This document shows positions 38,466 through 46,556 of a DNA stretch of 64,000 nucleotides, in pieces; position 1 is the first letter of the stretch; each line of letters begins with the position of its first letter. This stretch comes from Alphaproteobacteria bacterium (GTDB lineage Bacteria > Pseudomonadota > Alphaproteobacteria > JAQWUY01): assembly GCA_965232465.1 (NCBI GenBank), contig OZ246977.1:66829-130828 (forward strand), given 5' to 3'. Made by a program: the position numbers and the translations under genes. The notes beneath the pieces are model-generated. The model had not been told where the DNA came from. It did not search any database and saw only the letters and a list, made by a program, of their open reading frames with translations.

Positions 38466-39580
38466 TGATAACTACACATTTTCTATATGACGAACGCAGT
38501 TTTTGGCACACCACTGGTGATGCGGTATTGTTTGTCCCCCCACAAGGCAATTTACAACCTTTAACAGGTCTGGGGCATGTGGAAAGTGCGGAAAACAAAC
38601 GGCGGTTTTTATCGTTGGTACAGGTATCGGGTTTAATACAACATTTACAAACCGATGATGCCATCCCTGTAACAGACGAACAGGCTCGATTGGTACATAC
38701 GGACACATATATACAAAAATTAAAAACCCTGTCCGAACAGCAAGGCGGTGAAGCCGGTTTCGGTGCCAATTTTGGACATAAAGGGTATGAATATGCCTGC
38801 GTATCAGCGGGCTTGGCTACACAAGGATTGCTAAAGATCTGTGCGAAACACAATCAATATGCATACGCCCTGACCCGTCCCCCCGGACACCATGCAGAGT
38901 CCGACAAAGGTATTGGATTTTGCCTATTAGCAAATATACCTATTGCCATTCGTAATGCCCAGACACTATACCCCGATTTACGAGTGGTAGTACTCGATTG
39001 GGATGTACATCATGGAAATGGCACACAGCAGGCATTTTATGACGATGATTCTGTTTTAACCATATCCCTGCACCAAAATGACTTATTCCCCAGAAATTCG
39101 GGTTATGTAACCGATGTGGGTATAAATAAAGGGTACACATATAATATGAATGTACCCTTACCCGCAGGTACAGGTGATGATGGATATACATACGCCCTTG
39201 AAAAATTATGTGTACCTGCTGTACAAAAATTCAATCCTGATGTAATAGTCGTGGCATCTGGATACGATGCAGGTTGGACGGACCCTCTGGGCCGTATGAG
39301 TGTTACCAGCCAAGGTTTTCAAAAAATGACAGAAATTATAAAATCTGTGGGACACATATGTAACAACAGAATCCTATTTACCCATGAGGGGGGATATTGC
39401 CTAGCCTATACTCCCATATGTGCCTATAAAACCCTTGAAACTTTATCAGGCAAGACCATAAACATACAAGACGATTTTGCCCACGATTACCAAGGTTTAC
39501 CAGATTTACAATTACAACCGCACCAAAAGAAAATCATAGACAGCATATACAATACACACCCTTTTTTTATAACTGAATAA
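38465..39580 (+). CDS. Histone-deacetylase-family amidohydrolase (acetylpolyamine amidohydrolase / AcuC-like)
   Basis: 371 aa with RPPGHHAE, DWDVHHGNGTQ and SGYDA. Its ATG overlaps the upstream stop (TAATG at 38463-38467). Confidence 0.85.
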   Translation: MITTHFLYDERSFWHTTGDAVLFVPPQGNLQPLTGLGHVESAENKRRFLSLVQVSGLIQHLQTDDAIPVTDEQARLVHTDTYIQKLKTLSEQQGGEAGFGANFGHKGYEYACVSAGLATQGLLKICAKHNQYAYALTRPPGHHAESDKGIGFCLLANIPIAIRNAQTLYPDLRVVVLDWDVHHGNGTQQAFYDDDSVLTISLHQNDLFPRNSGYVTDVGINKGYTYNMNVPLPAGTGDDGYTYALEKLCVPAVQKFNPDVIVVASGYDAGWTDPLGRMSVTSQGFQKMTEIIKSVGHICNNRILFTHEGGYCLAYTPICAYKTLETLSGKTINIQDDFAHDYQGLPDLQLQPHQKKIIDSIYNTHPFFITE

Positions 39581-39629
39581 AATAAAGATTGCTTATAAGG
39601 ATAACGGTGGTATTTATAATTATATGTAA

Positions 39630-41039
39630 TTATACTTTCCAATCTGGAACACCATATTTTGACAATATATTTTGTACAGATCGTATCATGGTATTAAGAT
39701 TTTTCTGAGTGTTTGCCTCAAAACGCATGGTGATACAGTTTTGTGTGTTGGAGGCACGGCATAACCACCAGCCGTTTTCTGTGCGGACCCGTACGCCATC
39801 TATGGCACAGTATTCTGTGTCAGTGTCGTGCATGTGTTGTGCCAATTGGGCGATTAAGGGAAATTTTTTGTCTTCGCTTATATCAATGCGAATTTCTGGG
39901 GTATTGACCATTTGTGGTAGGGCGTTTTTGGCAGCGATCACAGATGTACCGCTTTCGTAAATAGCATTGATAAATCGTATGCCCGCATACAATGCATCAT
40001 CATGTCCATAAAAAGTATCCGCAAAGAAAATATGGGCACTCATTTCGCCTGCTAATGGGGATTTTTCTTCGATCATCCGTGATTTTACAATTGAATGTCC
40101 TGTTGCCACCATTACCGGCGTTCCCCCCATGCGTTCAATTTCTTGGAACAACACATCGGATGCTTTGACATCGGATAAAATTTTTGCTTGTGGGTGTTTT
40201 TTTAATACTGGTTTTGCCAATATGCACAGGATTTCATCGCCCCATAATACCCGTCCCATGGCATCGATAATACCGATTCTGTCCCCATCCCCATCAAAGG
40301 CAATCCCCATATCTGCTGTGTGCTGATGCACAGCGGATTTTAATTGGGCAAGGTTGCTTTCCACGGTTGGATCCGGGTGGTGGTTTGGGAAGGTGCCGTC
40401 CACTTCTTCGTTAATGATAATATGCGTACCTGCCATTTTATGGGTGATTTTTCGTAACACCGCCCCCATTGCCCCATTGCCCGTGTCCCATACAATAGTA
40501 TACGCCGCATGCGGATCGTAATCTTGTAAAATACGATCGACATAAAAGGTGGAAAAATCTTGATATTTGCACATAGGGGGCGAGTTGGTTTCGACGATAC
40601 TCCAATCGCCTTTTTGGGCAATGTTGCCCAAGGTTTGAATATCTTTACCAAAAAATGATGCCCCATTTAGCATAATTTTAAATCCATTATAGGCGGGTGG
40701 ATTGTGGCTTCCCGTTATCATTACCGCAATGGGGGTATGTAATTCCTTGCCCGCCATATACAACAATGGGGTCGGGCATAATCCCACATTTATAACCGCA
40801 ACGCCCGCATCTTGAAATCCTTGTATAAGGTGGTCGGCAAATGCGGGTGATGACACCCGCCCATCGTATCCCACCACCGCACATAGGGGTAATCCTTGGG
40901 TATGGGCAATGGTAACAAGTGACCGGGCAATAGCGTACGCATCCGCCATATGCAGGGTATCGCCCACCACTCCACGAATATCATATGTGCGTAATATACT
41001 GGGATGAAAAACATGGGATTGTAGGTGTGTCATGCTCAT
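39630..41039 (-). CDS. Phosphomannomutase/phosphoglucomutase
   Basis: Start chosen at MSMTHL (41039), after the ugd stop. Motifs are FHPSILRTYDIRG, the active-site TGSHNPP, FDGDGDR and GEMSAHIFF. Confidence 0.88.
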   Translation of the reverse strand: MSMTHLQSHVFHPSILRTYDIRGVVGDTLHMADAYAIARSLVTIAHTQGLPLCAVVGYDGRVSSPAFADHLIQGFQDAGVAVINVGLCPTPLLYMAGKELHTPIAVMITGSHNPPAYNGFKIMLNGASFFGKDIQTLGNIAQKGDWSIVETNSPPMCKYQDFSTFYVDRILQDYDPHAAYTIVWDTGNGAMGAVLRKITHKMAGTHIIINEEVDGTFPNHHPDPTVESNLAQLKSAVHQHTADMGIAFDGDGDRIGIIDAMGRVLWGDEILCILAKPVLKKHPQAKILSDVKASDVLFQEIERMGGTPVMVATGHSIVKSRMIEEKSPLAGEMSAHIFFADTFYGHDDALYAGIRFINAIYESGTSVIAAKNALPQMVNTPEIRIDISEDKKFPLIAQLAQHMHDTDTEYCAIDGVRVRTENGWWLCRASNTQNCITMRFEANTQKNLNTMIRSVQNILSKYGVPDWKV

Positions 41040-41064
41040 TTTCTTTTTATGAATATTTTTTGTT

Positions 41065-42396
41065 TTATCCAATGTGGTTGCGTCCGATACTGTGGTATGT
41101 AAAGCCATATGTATCATGGATATGTTGCATACGGTCCAGATCATACAGGTTGCGTAAATCGATAACAGTTTTTGTGTTAACCACCTGTGCCAGTTTGGCA
41201 AAGTCGAGCACAGAAAACGCACTCCATTCGGTTAAAATCACAATTGCATCCGCATTTGTACAGGCGGTTTCAACATTTGGGCAGTACTGTATAGTATTGC
41301 ACAGATGGGATTTGGCATTTGTCATACCTTCTGGGTCGTGGGCGGATATGTGGTATCCCGCCTGTAACAATTTTGGAATAATGGTAAGGGCAGGGGATTC
41401 GCGCATATCATCAGTATTTGATTTAAAAGTCAGCCCCAATATGGCAATCTTTTTTTGTGCTGTTGTGGAATTTTTGCCAACGATATAGGTAATTTTGTCC
41501 GCCATACGGTGTTTACGGTCTTCGTTTACTTGTACCACAGTGCGGATAATATCCATTTTTACCCCATGTATGTTCGAAGTATGTACCAATGCACGGGTGT
41601 CTTTGGGAAAGCAACTGCCCCCATATCCAGGACCGGGATGTAAAAATTTGTGTCCAATGCGCGTATCCATGCCAAACCCTTTGGTTACATCGGTAATGTT
41701 GCTACCGACTTTTTCGCATAAATCGGCAAGGTCATTGGCAAAAGTGATTTTTGTTGCCAAAAATGCGTTGGTTGCATATTTTATCATTTCTGCGGATTTG
41801 GTATCGGTTATCATTAACGGGACATTTTGATTGGCGAGGGGGGCATATATGTCTTGCATAACCCTATTGCCAAGTGTATCATCCGCCCCAATTATAATTC
41901 GATCGGGGTTTAAGAAATCTTCAATGGCAACCCCTTCCCTTAGAAATTCTGGGTTGGAAACGACTGAGAATTTTAAATTGGGATTTTTTTGTTGTATCAA
42001 GGCACGGACTTTATCCGCCGTTCCCACAGGTACAGTTGATTTATCGACAATTACAATGTTGTCGGGGGCGGTGTGGGCGATTTTTTCCGCTACTGCAAAT
42101 ACATGTGATACATCCGCATTGCCATCCGGTTGGGATGGGGTACCAACGCATATAAACAGTGCCGAACACTCTTGTATTCCTTGTTTAAAATTATCTGTAA
42201 AAAACAGCCGGTGTTGTTCCACACATTGTGTTAATAATCGTGCCAAACCACTTTCGTAAATGGGTATCTTCCCTTTTTTAAGATGGGTTATTTTTTGTGT
42301 ATTGGAATCGATACAGGTAACTGTATGCCCCAGATGTGATAAACATACCCCGGTGACCAATCCCACATACCCTGTACCAATCATTGCTATTTTCAT
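41065..42396 (-). CDS. ugd: UDP-glucose 6-dehydrogenase
   Basis: 443 aa with MKIAMIGTGYVGLV, GYGGSCFPKDT and a typical C-terminal UDP-binding domain. Confidence 0.92.
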   Translation of the reverse strand: MKIAMIGTGYVGLVTGVCLSHLGHTVTCIDSNTQKITHLKKGKIPIYESGLARLLTQCVEQHRLFFTDNFKQGIQECSALFICVGTPSQPDGNADVSHVFAVAEKIAHTAPDNIVIVDKSTVPVGTADKVRALIQQKNPNLKFSVVSNPEFLREGVAIEDFLNPDRIIIGADDTLGNRVMQDIYAPLANQNVPLMITDTKSAEMIKYATNAFLATKITFANDLADLCEKVGSNITDVTKGFGMDTRIGHKFLHPGPGYGGSCFPKDTRALVHTSNIHGVKMDIIRTVVQVNEDRKHRMADKITYIVGKNSTTAQKKIAILGLTFKSNTDDMRESPALTIIPKLLQAGYHISAHDPEGMTNAKSHLCNTIQYCPNVETACTNADAIVILTEWSAFSVLDFAKLAQVVNTKTVIDLRNLYDLDRMQHIHDTYGFTYHSIGRNHIG

Positions 42397-42406
42397 ACTG
42401 TTATCC

Positions 42407-43279
42407 TTATTTTTGGTACTTTTTTAATATGTGGGGTAGGGTCTGTTGTAAATCTTTATCTTGTGCCGCCATTGCAATTTGTGCTTCGAGAAAACCGGCT
42501 TTCGATCCGCAATCAAAACGGGTGCCACTGAATTTTACCCCATGGAAGGGTTGCACAGACAAAATATCCGCCATGGCATCGGTAATTTGTATTTCCCCGC
42601 CCACCCCGATTGTGCCTTGTTGTAGGTATGTAAAAATTTCTGGTGTAAATATATACCGTCCAATAATGGACAAGTTACTTGGGGCGTTTTCCCGTGCAGG
42701 CTTTTCCACAAATCCTTTGACTGGGACTGTTGTCATGTTTGTATCTTGACAATCCAGTACACCATATTTGTGGACATTTTCCCACGCCACATGTTCCACC
42801 GCCACCACCCCTGATTGGGTGGTGGCAAACACTTCGGCCAATTGTTTTTGGCAAGGGGTTTTTGATAATACCACATCATCGGGTAACAGCACATGAAACG
42901 GTTTATTACCCACCAAGTCTTTGGCACAATAAATGGCGTGTCCTAATCCCAAGGCTTGGGATTGTACCACTGTGTGTATAGCTCCTGGGATTTTACATTT
43001 TATTTTGTCGATACTGTCATATTTTTGTTTTTCCGCCAACGCATGCACCAAGGTTACATCGTCTTCAAAATGTTTGATAATACTGGATTTTTGGGGGGAT
43101 ATGACAAATATAAAATCCGTTGCCCCCGCACATAAAGCCTCTTCCACCGCATATTCAATAAGCGGTTTATCCAATATGGGAAATAATTCTTTGGGCACAG
43201 CCTTCGATGCGGGTAAAAATCGTGTGCCTAATCCCGCCACAGGAAATACAGCCGTGGTAACCTGAGTATGTGTCGACAT
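42407..43279 (-). CDS. galU: UTP--glucose-1-phosphate uridylyltransferase
   Basis: 290 aa with AVFPVAGLGTRFLPASKAVPKELFPI.DKPLIEY, VEKP and GRYIFTPEIF. Confidence 0.92.
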   Translation of the reverse strand: MSTHTQVTTAVFPVAGLGTRFLPASKAVPKELFPILDKPLIEYAVEEALCAGATDFIFVISPQKSSIIKHFEDDVTLVHALAEKQKYDSIDKIKCKIPGAIHTVVQSQALGLGHAIYCAKDLVGNKPFHVLLPDDVVLSKTPCQKQLAEVFATTQSGVVAVEHVAWENVHKYGVLDCQDTNMTTVPVKGFVEKPARENAPSNLSIIGRYIFTPEIFTYLQQGTIGVGGEIQITDAMADILSVQPFHGVKFSGTRFDCGSKAGFLEAQIAMAAQDKDLQQTLPHILKKYQK

Positions 43280-43419
43280 GTGCCCTCATAATATATGTTA
43301 TAATATCATTACAAAATGTTTATAGCATATTGTCATTGAAACGCCAATAAAATAAGTGTATATTGGGGGATAATTTATTATATGTATATGCCACGGAGTA
43401 TTTAAGAAAGGTACATCCC

Positions 43420-44079
43420 ATGCCAGAAAATATGCCAGAAATTACGGGTAAGGTTATCGATTCTTATTGCCATAATCATACATATTATGAAAATTCATTT
43501 TTGGAAAATGTATTAAAAATTGCACAGGAATTTTCCCCCCAAGCCGGGATGAGTTCAAATCGTTTATCAGGGGGATTGTTACGCACTTTGACGGCGATAA
43601 AGCAGCCCCAGCATATTTTGGAAGTGGGGGTATTTTTTGGATATTCGACCTTGTGTATGGCGGAAGGTGCCCCCCAAGCAAAGATTACTGCGTTGGAATG
43701 GGATGGGCGATATGTGGAATTGGCAAAAGATTCGTTTGATGCCCACCCATGTACGAATACTATCACAGTGGTACAAGGCGATGCATTGGAAACTATCGTA
43801 CAGCAAATGCAACGGCACCAATTTGATTTTATCTTTATCGATGCGGATAAACAATCCTATGTGTTTTATGTGCAACACGCCATAAATCACCTACCATCAG
43901 GGGGGGTGTTGGTCGTTGACAACACCTTATGGGGTGGGCGGGTAACCGATATGAACACCCATGATGATGTACATACCAAGGCGATCGATTCGGCAAATAA
44001 AATGTTACTGGAACACCCAAATATGATAAATACCCTGATTCCCATGCGTGATGGCATACATGTAGCGGTTAAAATATAG
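43420..44079 (+). CDS. Class-I SAM-dependent O-methyltransferase (caffeoyl-CoA OMT-like)
   Basis: The ORF is open from 43363; I prefer the ATG at 43420 (MPENMPEI). Motifs are ILEVGVFFGYSTL, FDFIFIDADK and GGVLVVDNTLWGG. Confidence 0.8.
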   Translation: MPENMPEITGKVIDSYCHNHTYYENSFLENVLKIAQEFSPQAGMSSNRLSGGLLRTLTAIKQPQHILEVGVFFGYSTLCMAEGAPQAKITALEWDGRYVELAKDSFDAHPCTNTITVVQGDALETIVQQMQRHQFDFIFIDADKQSYVFYVQHAINHLPSGGVLVVDNTLWGGRVTDMNTHDDVHTKAIDSANKMLLEHPNMINTLIPMRDGIHVAVKI

Positions 44080-44103
44080 GCATATTTAAAGTATTTTTTA
44101 TAT

Positions 44104-44242
44104 GGGATTTATATACTTGACTCCACAGGATTTGAATTAAGGCTATTTTTTGTTTTTATACATAAATGACATTGCTTTTTGTTGTGAAATCCCACCAAAT
44201 TACATGCAAATATCGATTTATGGAGTCAAGTATATAAATCCC
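44104..44242. repeat. 139-bp element bounded by a perfect 22-bp inverted repeat
   Basis: gggatttatatacttgactcca (44104-44125) pairs with tggagtcaagtatataaatccc (44221-44242). No ORF lies between them. Confidence 0.9.
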
Positions 44243-44302
44243 TAAATTTTTTATTTATACAACCCTTTTTTTAGCAACGGCGGCCGCTTGCGGCCGTCCC
44301 TA

Positions 44303-44374
44303 CGCAATCCGCCGAGAAATCCGAACGCAATCCGAACGCAATCCGCCGAGAAATCCGAACGCAATCCGCCGAAG
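44303..44374. repeat. GC-rich short tandem repeat (cgcaatccg[ccgagaaatccgaa] units)
   Basis: cgcaatccg occurs at 44303, 44326, 44337 and 44360, and the 23-bp unit cgcaatccgccgagaaatccgaa occurs twice. A GC hairpin containing a NotI-like gcggccgc lies at 44279-44298 just upstream. Confidence 0.85.
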
Positions 44375-44456
44375 GTAATATTTTGTTTGCAAATATTAAA
44401 ATGATATGTATAATCATATTGTATTTCGTTTTTTTTAAATGAATATGTTGTTTTTC

Positions 44457-44485
44457 GGGGGGGGTGGTTCCCCCCCTTTTATTTT
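44457..44485 (+). terminator. Strong intrinsic terminator with no annotated gene upstream
   Basis: GGGGGGG-gtggtt-CCCCCCC followed by ttttatttt. It works on the plus strand only. Confidence 0.65.
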
Positions 44486-44486
44486 C

Positions 44487-44531
44487 GACCCCCTGTATGG
44501 TTGACCCGTCCAATTGGATACTCTGATACTA
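44487..44531 (+). repeat. Short copy (R1) of the repeat that flanks the ankyrin gene
   Basis: gaccccctgtatggttgacccgtccaattggatactctgatacta matches the 3' half of R2 and R3. Confidence 0.85.
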
Positions 44532-44534
44532 TTA

Positions 44535-44617
44535 TATTGGATGCACGGCCATAAAGCGGGCTTACAACGGATTGACCCCTGTACGGTTGACCCGTCCAAT
44601 TGGATACTCTGATACTA
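44535..44617 (+). repeat. 83-bp direct repeat R2 (upstream of the ankyrin gene)
   Basis: tattggatgcacggccataaaGcgggcttacaacggattgacccctgtacggttgacccgtccaattggatactctgatacta differs from R3 at one base. It contains two (g)gttgaccc half-repeats and the palindrome tccaattgga. Confidence 0.9.
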
Positions 44618-44630
44618 TTAAGGATTTATA

Positions 44631-44659
44631 TTGACAAAGTGGGTTTGTTTGTGTATATT
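44631..44659 (+). promoter_or_regulatory. Near-consensus sigma-70 promoter of the ankyrin gene
   Basis: TTGACA (44631-44636), a 17-nt spacer, then TATATT (44654-44659). AAGGAAAG lies upstream of the ATG at 44698. Confidence 0.55.
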
Positions 44660-44697
44660 GCCCTGAATAAAGTATCAATAAACATAAGGAAAGTCAT

Positions 44698-45987
44698 ATG
44701 TTTTCAAAAATAATTTTAAGAATATTTATTATATCGTGGGTATGTATCCCCCCCATAGTACAAGCAAGTGATTTTTTGTCAGACTCGTATTGGCAAAATG
44801 TCACAGTAAAAGATGTAAAAAACGCTATTGCCAATGGGGCGGATGTCAATGCACGGACTAAAGATGGGGGGACACCTTTAATGTATGCATCTGAGTTCAA
44901 TCAAAACCCTGAAGTTATTACTACACTGATTAACGCAGGGGCGGATGTCAATGCACGGACTAAAGATGGGGGGACACCTTTAATGTATGCATCTGAGTTC
45001 AATCAAAACCCTGAAGTTATTACTACACTGATTAACGCAGGGGAGGATGTCAATGCACGGGATAAATATGGGTGGACACCTTTAATGTCGGCGGCGTCTC
45101 GGGCCAATCAAAACCCTGAAGTTATTACTACGCTGATTAACGCAGGGGCGGATGTCAATGCACGGTATGAAGATGGGTCAACACCTTTACTGTATGCATC
45201 TGAGGACAATCAAAACCCTGAAGTTATTACTACACTGATTAACGCAGGGGCGGATGTCAATGCACGGACTAAAGATGGGTTGACACCTTTAATGTCGGCG
45301 TCTGGGGGCAATCAAAACCCTGATGTTATTACTACGCTGATTAACGCAGGGGCGGATGTCAATGTACGGACTAAAGAAGATGGGTGGACACCTTTACTGT
45401 ATGCATTTTTTTCCAGTCAAAACCTTGATGTTATTACTACACTGATTAACGCAGGGGCGGATGTCAATGCACGGACTAAAGATGGGTCGACACCTTTAAT
45501 GTATGCATCTAGGTTCAATCAAAACCCTGAATTTATTACTACACTGATTAACGCAGGGGCGGATGTCAATGCACAGGATAAAGATGGTTCGACACCTTTA
45601 ATGTCGGCGTCTTCGGCCAATCAAAACCCTGATGTTATTACTACGCTGATTAACGCAGGGGCGGATGTCAATGCACGGGATGAAGATGGGGGGACACCTT
45701 TAATGTATGCATCTAGGAACAATCAAAACCCTGATGTTATTACTACACTGATTAACGCAGGGGCGGATGTCAATGTACGGAATAAATATGGGTTGACACC
45801 TTTACTGTATGCGTCTAAGAAGTTATTCAATCAAAACCCTGAATTTATTACTACGCTGATTAACGCAGGGGCGGACGCAACAATCAAAGACGATCGGGGT
45901 AAAACTGCCTATGATTATATTTTAAAAAACGACGCTTTAAAAGATTCAAAAGTCCGCTGGAAGTTAAACGACTTGCGGTTTAAATAA
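44698..45987 (+). CDS. Secreted ankyrin-repeat protein (about 11 repeats)
   Basis: 429 aa with an N-terminal Sec-type signal (MFSKIILRIFIISWVCIPPIVQA/SD). About 11 repeats follow with consensus DG.TPLMYAS..NQNPEVITTLINAGADVNAR.K. Confidence 0.9.
   Translation: MFSKIILRIFIISWVCIPPIVQASDFLSDSYWQNVTVKDVKNAIANGADVNARTKDGGTPLMYASEFNQNPEVITTLINAGADVNARTKDGGTPLMYASEFNQNPEVITTLINAGEDVNARDKYGWTPLMSAASRANQNPEVITTLINAGADVNARYEDGSTPLLYASEDNQNPEVITTLINAGADVNARTKDGLTPLMSASGGNQNPDVITTLINAGADVNVRTKEDGWTPLLYAFFSSQNLDVITTLINAGADVNARTKDGSTPLMYASRFNQNPEFITTLINAGADVNAQDKDGSTPLMSASSANQNPDVITTLINAGADVNARDEDGGTPLMYASRNNQNPDVITTLINAGADVNVRNKYGLTPLLYASKKLFNQNPEFITTLINAGADATIKDDRGKTAYDYILKNDALKDSKVRWKLNDLRFK
44839..45878 (+). 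repeat. Tandem array of 102-108-bp DNA units inside the ankyrin gene
   Basis: Unit starts (gcggatgtc) are at 44839, 44941, 45043, 45148, 45250, 45352, 45457, 45559, 45661, 45763 and 45871. Units 1 and 2 are identical over 102 bp. Confidence 0.9.
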
Positions 45988-46070
45988 TATTGGATGCACG
46001 GCCATAAACCGGGCTTACAACGGATTGACCCCTGTACGGTTGACCCGTCCAATTGGATACTCTGATACTA
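45988..46070 (+). repeat. 83-bp direct repeat R3 (immediately after the ankyrin stop codon)
   Basis: It matches R2 at 82 of 83 positions and begins on the base after the TAA at 45985-45987. Confidence 0.9.
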
Positions 46071-46284
46071 ATAATGCAATCGAATCGACTCCGCATATTT
46101 TAATTTTTCAAAAAAATTTGAAAATTTTCAAAAAAAAACGGGGAAAAAATGTAAAAAAGCGGGATTCACTTGACAAAAAAAAATAATATGCTTACCATTT
46201 TAAAGCATTGTTTAATAGAAACGAAACTAACCATTTTAAAGTTAAACGATTAAAAACAACATTACATTTTTAAAGGATAAAAAA

Positions 46285-46518
46285 ATGAAATATATTAATA
46301 TCAAAAGTAACATACTATCTGCCACAGACCTTAACAGCAGCGAAAAGTTGCTGTATGGCTTATTAGTATCTCTTTGTGAAATAAAAGATATAGAAACCTT
46401 TTATATTTACTATATTTTTGTGAAAAATATTATACATTTCAATAAGGATCAGAAAAAACGCATACATAAAGTAATTTTGTATTTTATTTACAGTACTTTT
46501 TTGTTACTGTGTAAATGA
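46285..46518 (+). pseudogene. Possible remnant of a phage/plasmid HTH (replication-organiser-like) gene
   Basis: Only the first ~30 codons (MKYINIKSNILSATDLNSSEKLLYGLLVSL) resemble the N-terminus of such proteins. The rest is low-complexity and runs into pckA. The call is weak. Confidence 0.2.
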
Positions 46519-46556
46519 TTTGCTTTTGGTGTTATTATAATTTGCGGAGAAAATAT

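Noticed and set aside
44303-44374. Possible CRISPR array (short GC-rich direct repeats)
   Set aside because: The units abut each other with no unique spacers. The repeats are only 9-23 bp, there are only 2-4 copies, and no cas genes lie nearby. It is a simple tandem repeat.
44401-44485. Leader-peptide attenuator (mini-ORFs MICIIILYFVFFK and MNMLFFGGGGSPPFIFDPLYG before the G7/C7 terminator)
   Set aside because: There is no convincing SD and no alternative antiterminator pairing. The downstream gene is an ankyrin protein with its own promoter, not an amino-acid biosynthesis operon.
44271-44513. 80-aa minus-strand ORF in the ORF track
   Set aside because: It is read through tandem repeats and the terminator hairpin. 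It has low-complexity content and no RBS, so it is an artefact of GC-rich repeats.
44535-46070. Integron gene cassette with attC sites flanking the ankyrin gene
   Set aside because: The flanking repeats are near-identical direct repeats, not imperfect palindromic attC sites with inverse core sites. The gene carries its own promoter, and no intI-type integrase is in the window.
46100-46180. Replication origin (AT-rich palindromes)
   Set aside because: I saw no cluster of DnaA boxes and no origin-linked genes. The only exact TTATCCACA I noticed is a single copy inside rpoA (9541-9549), consistent with chance.
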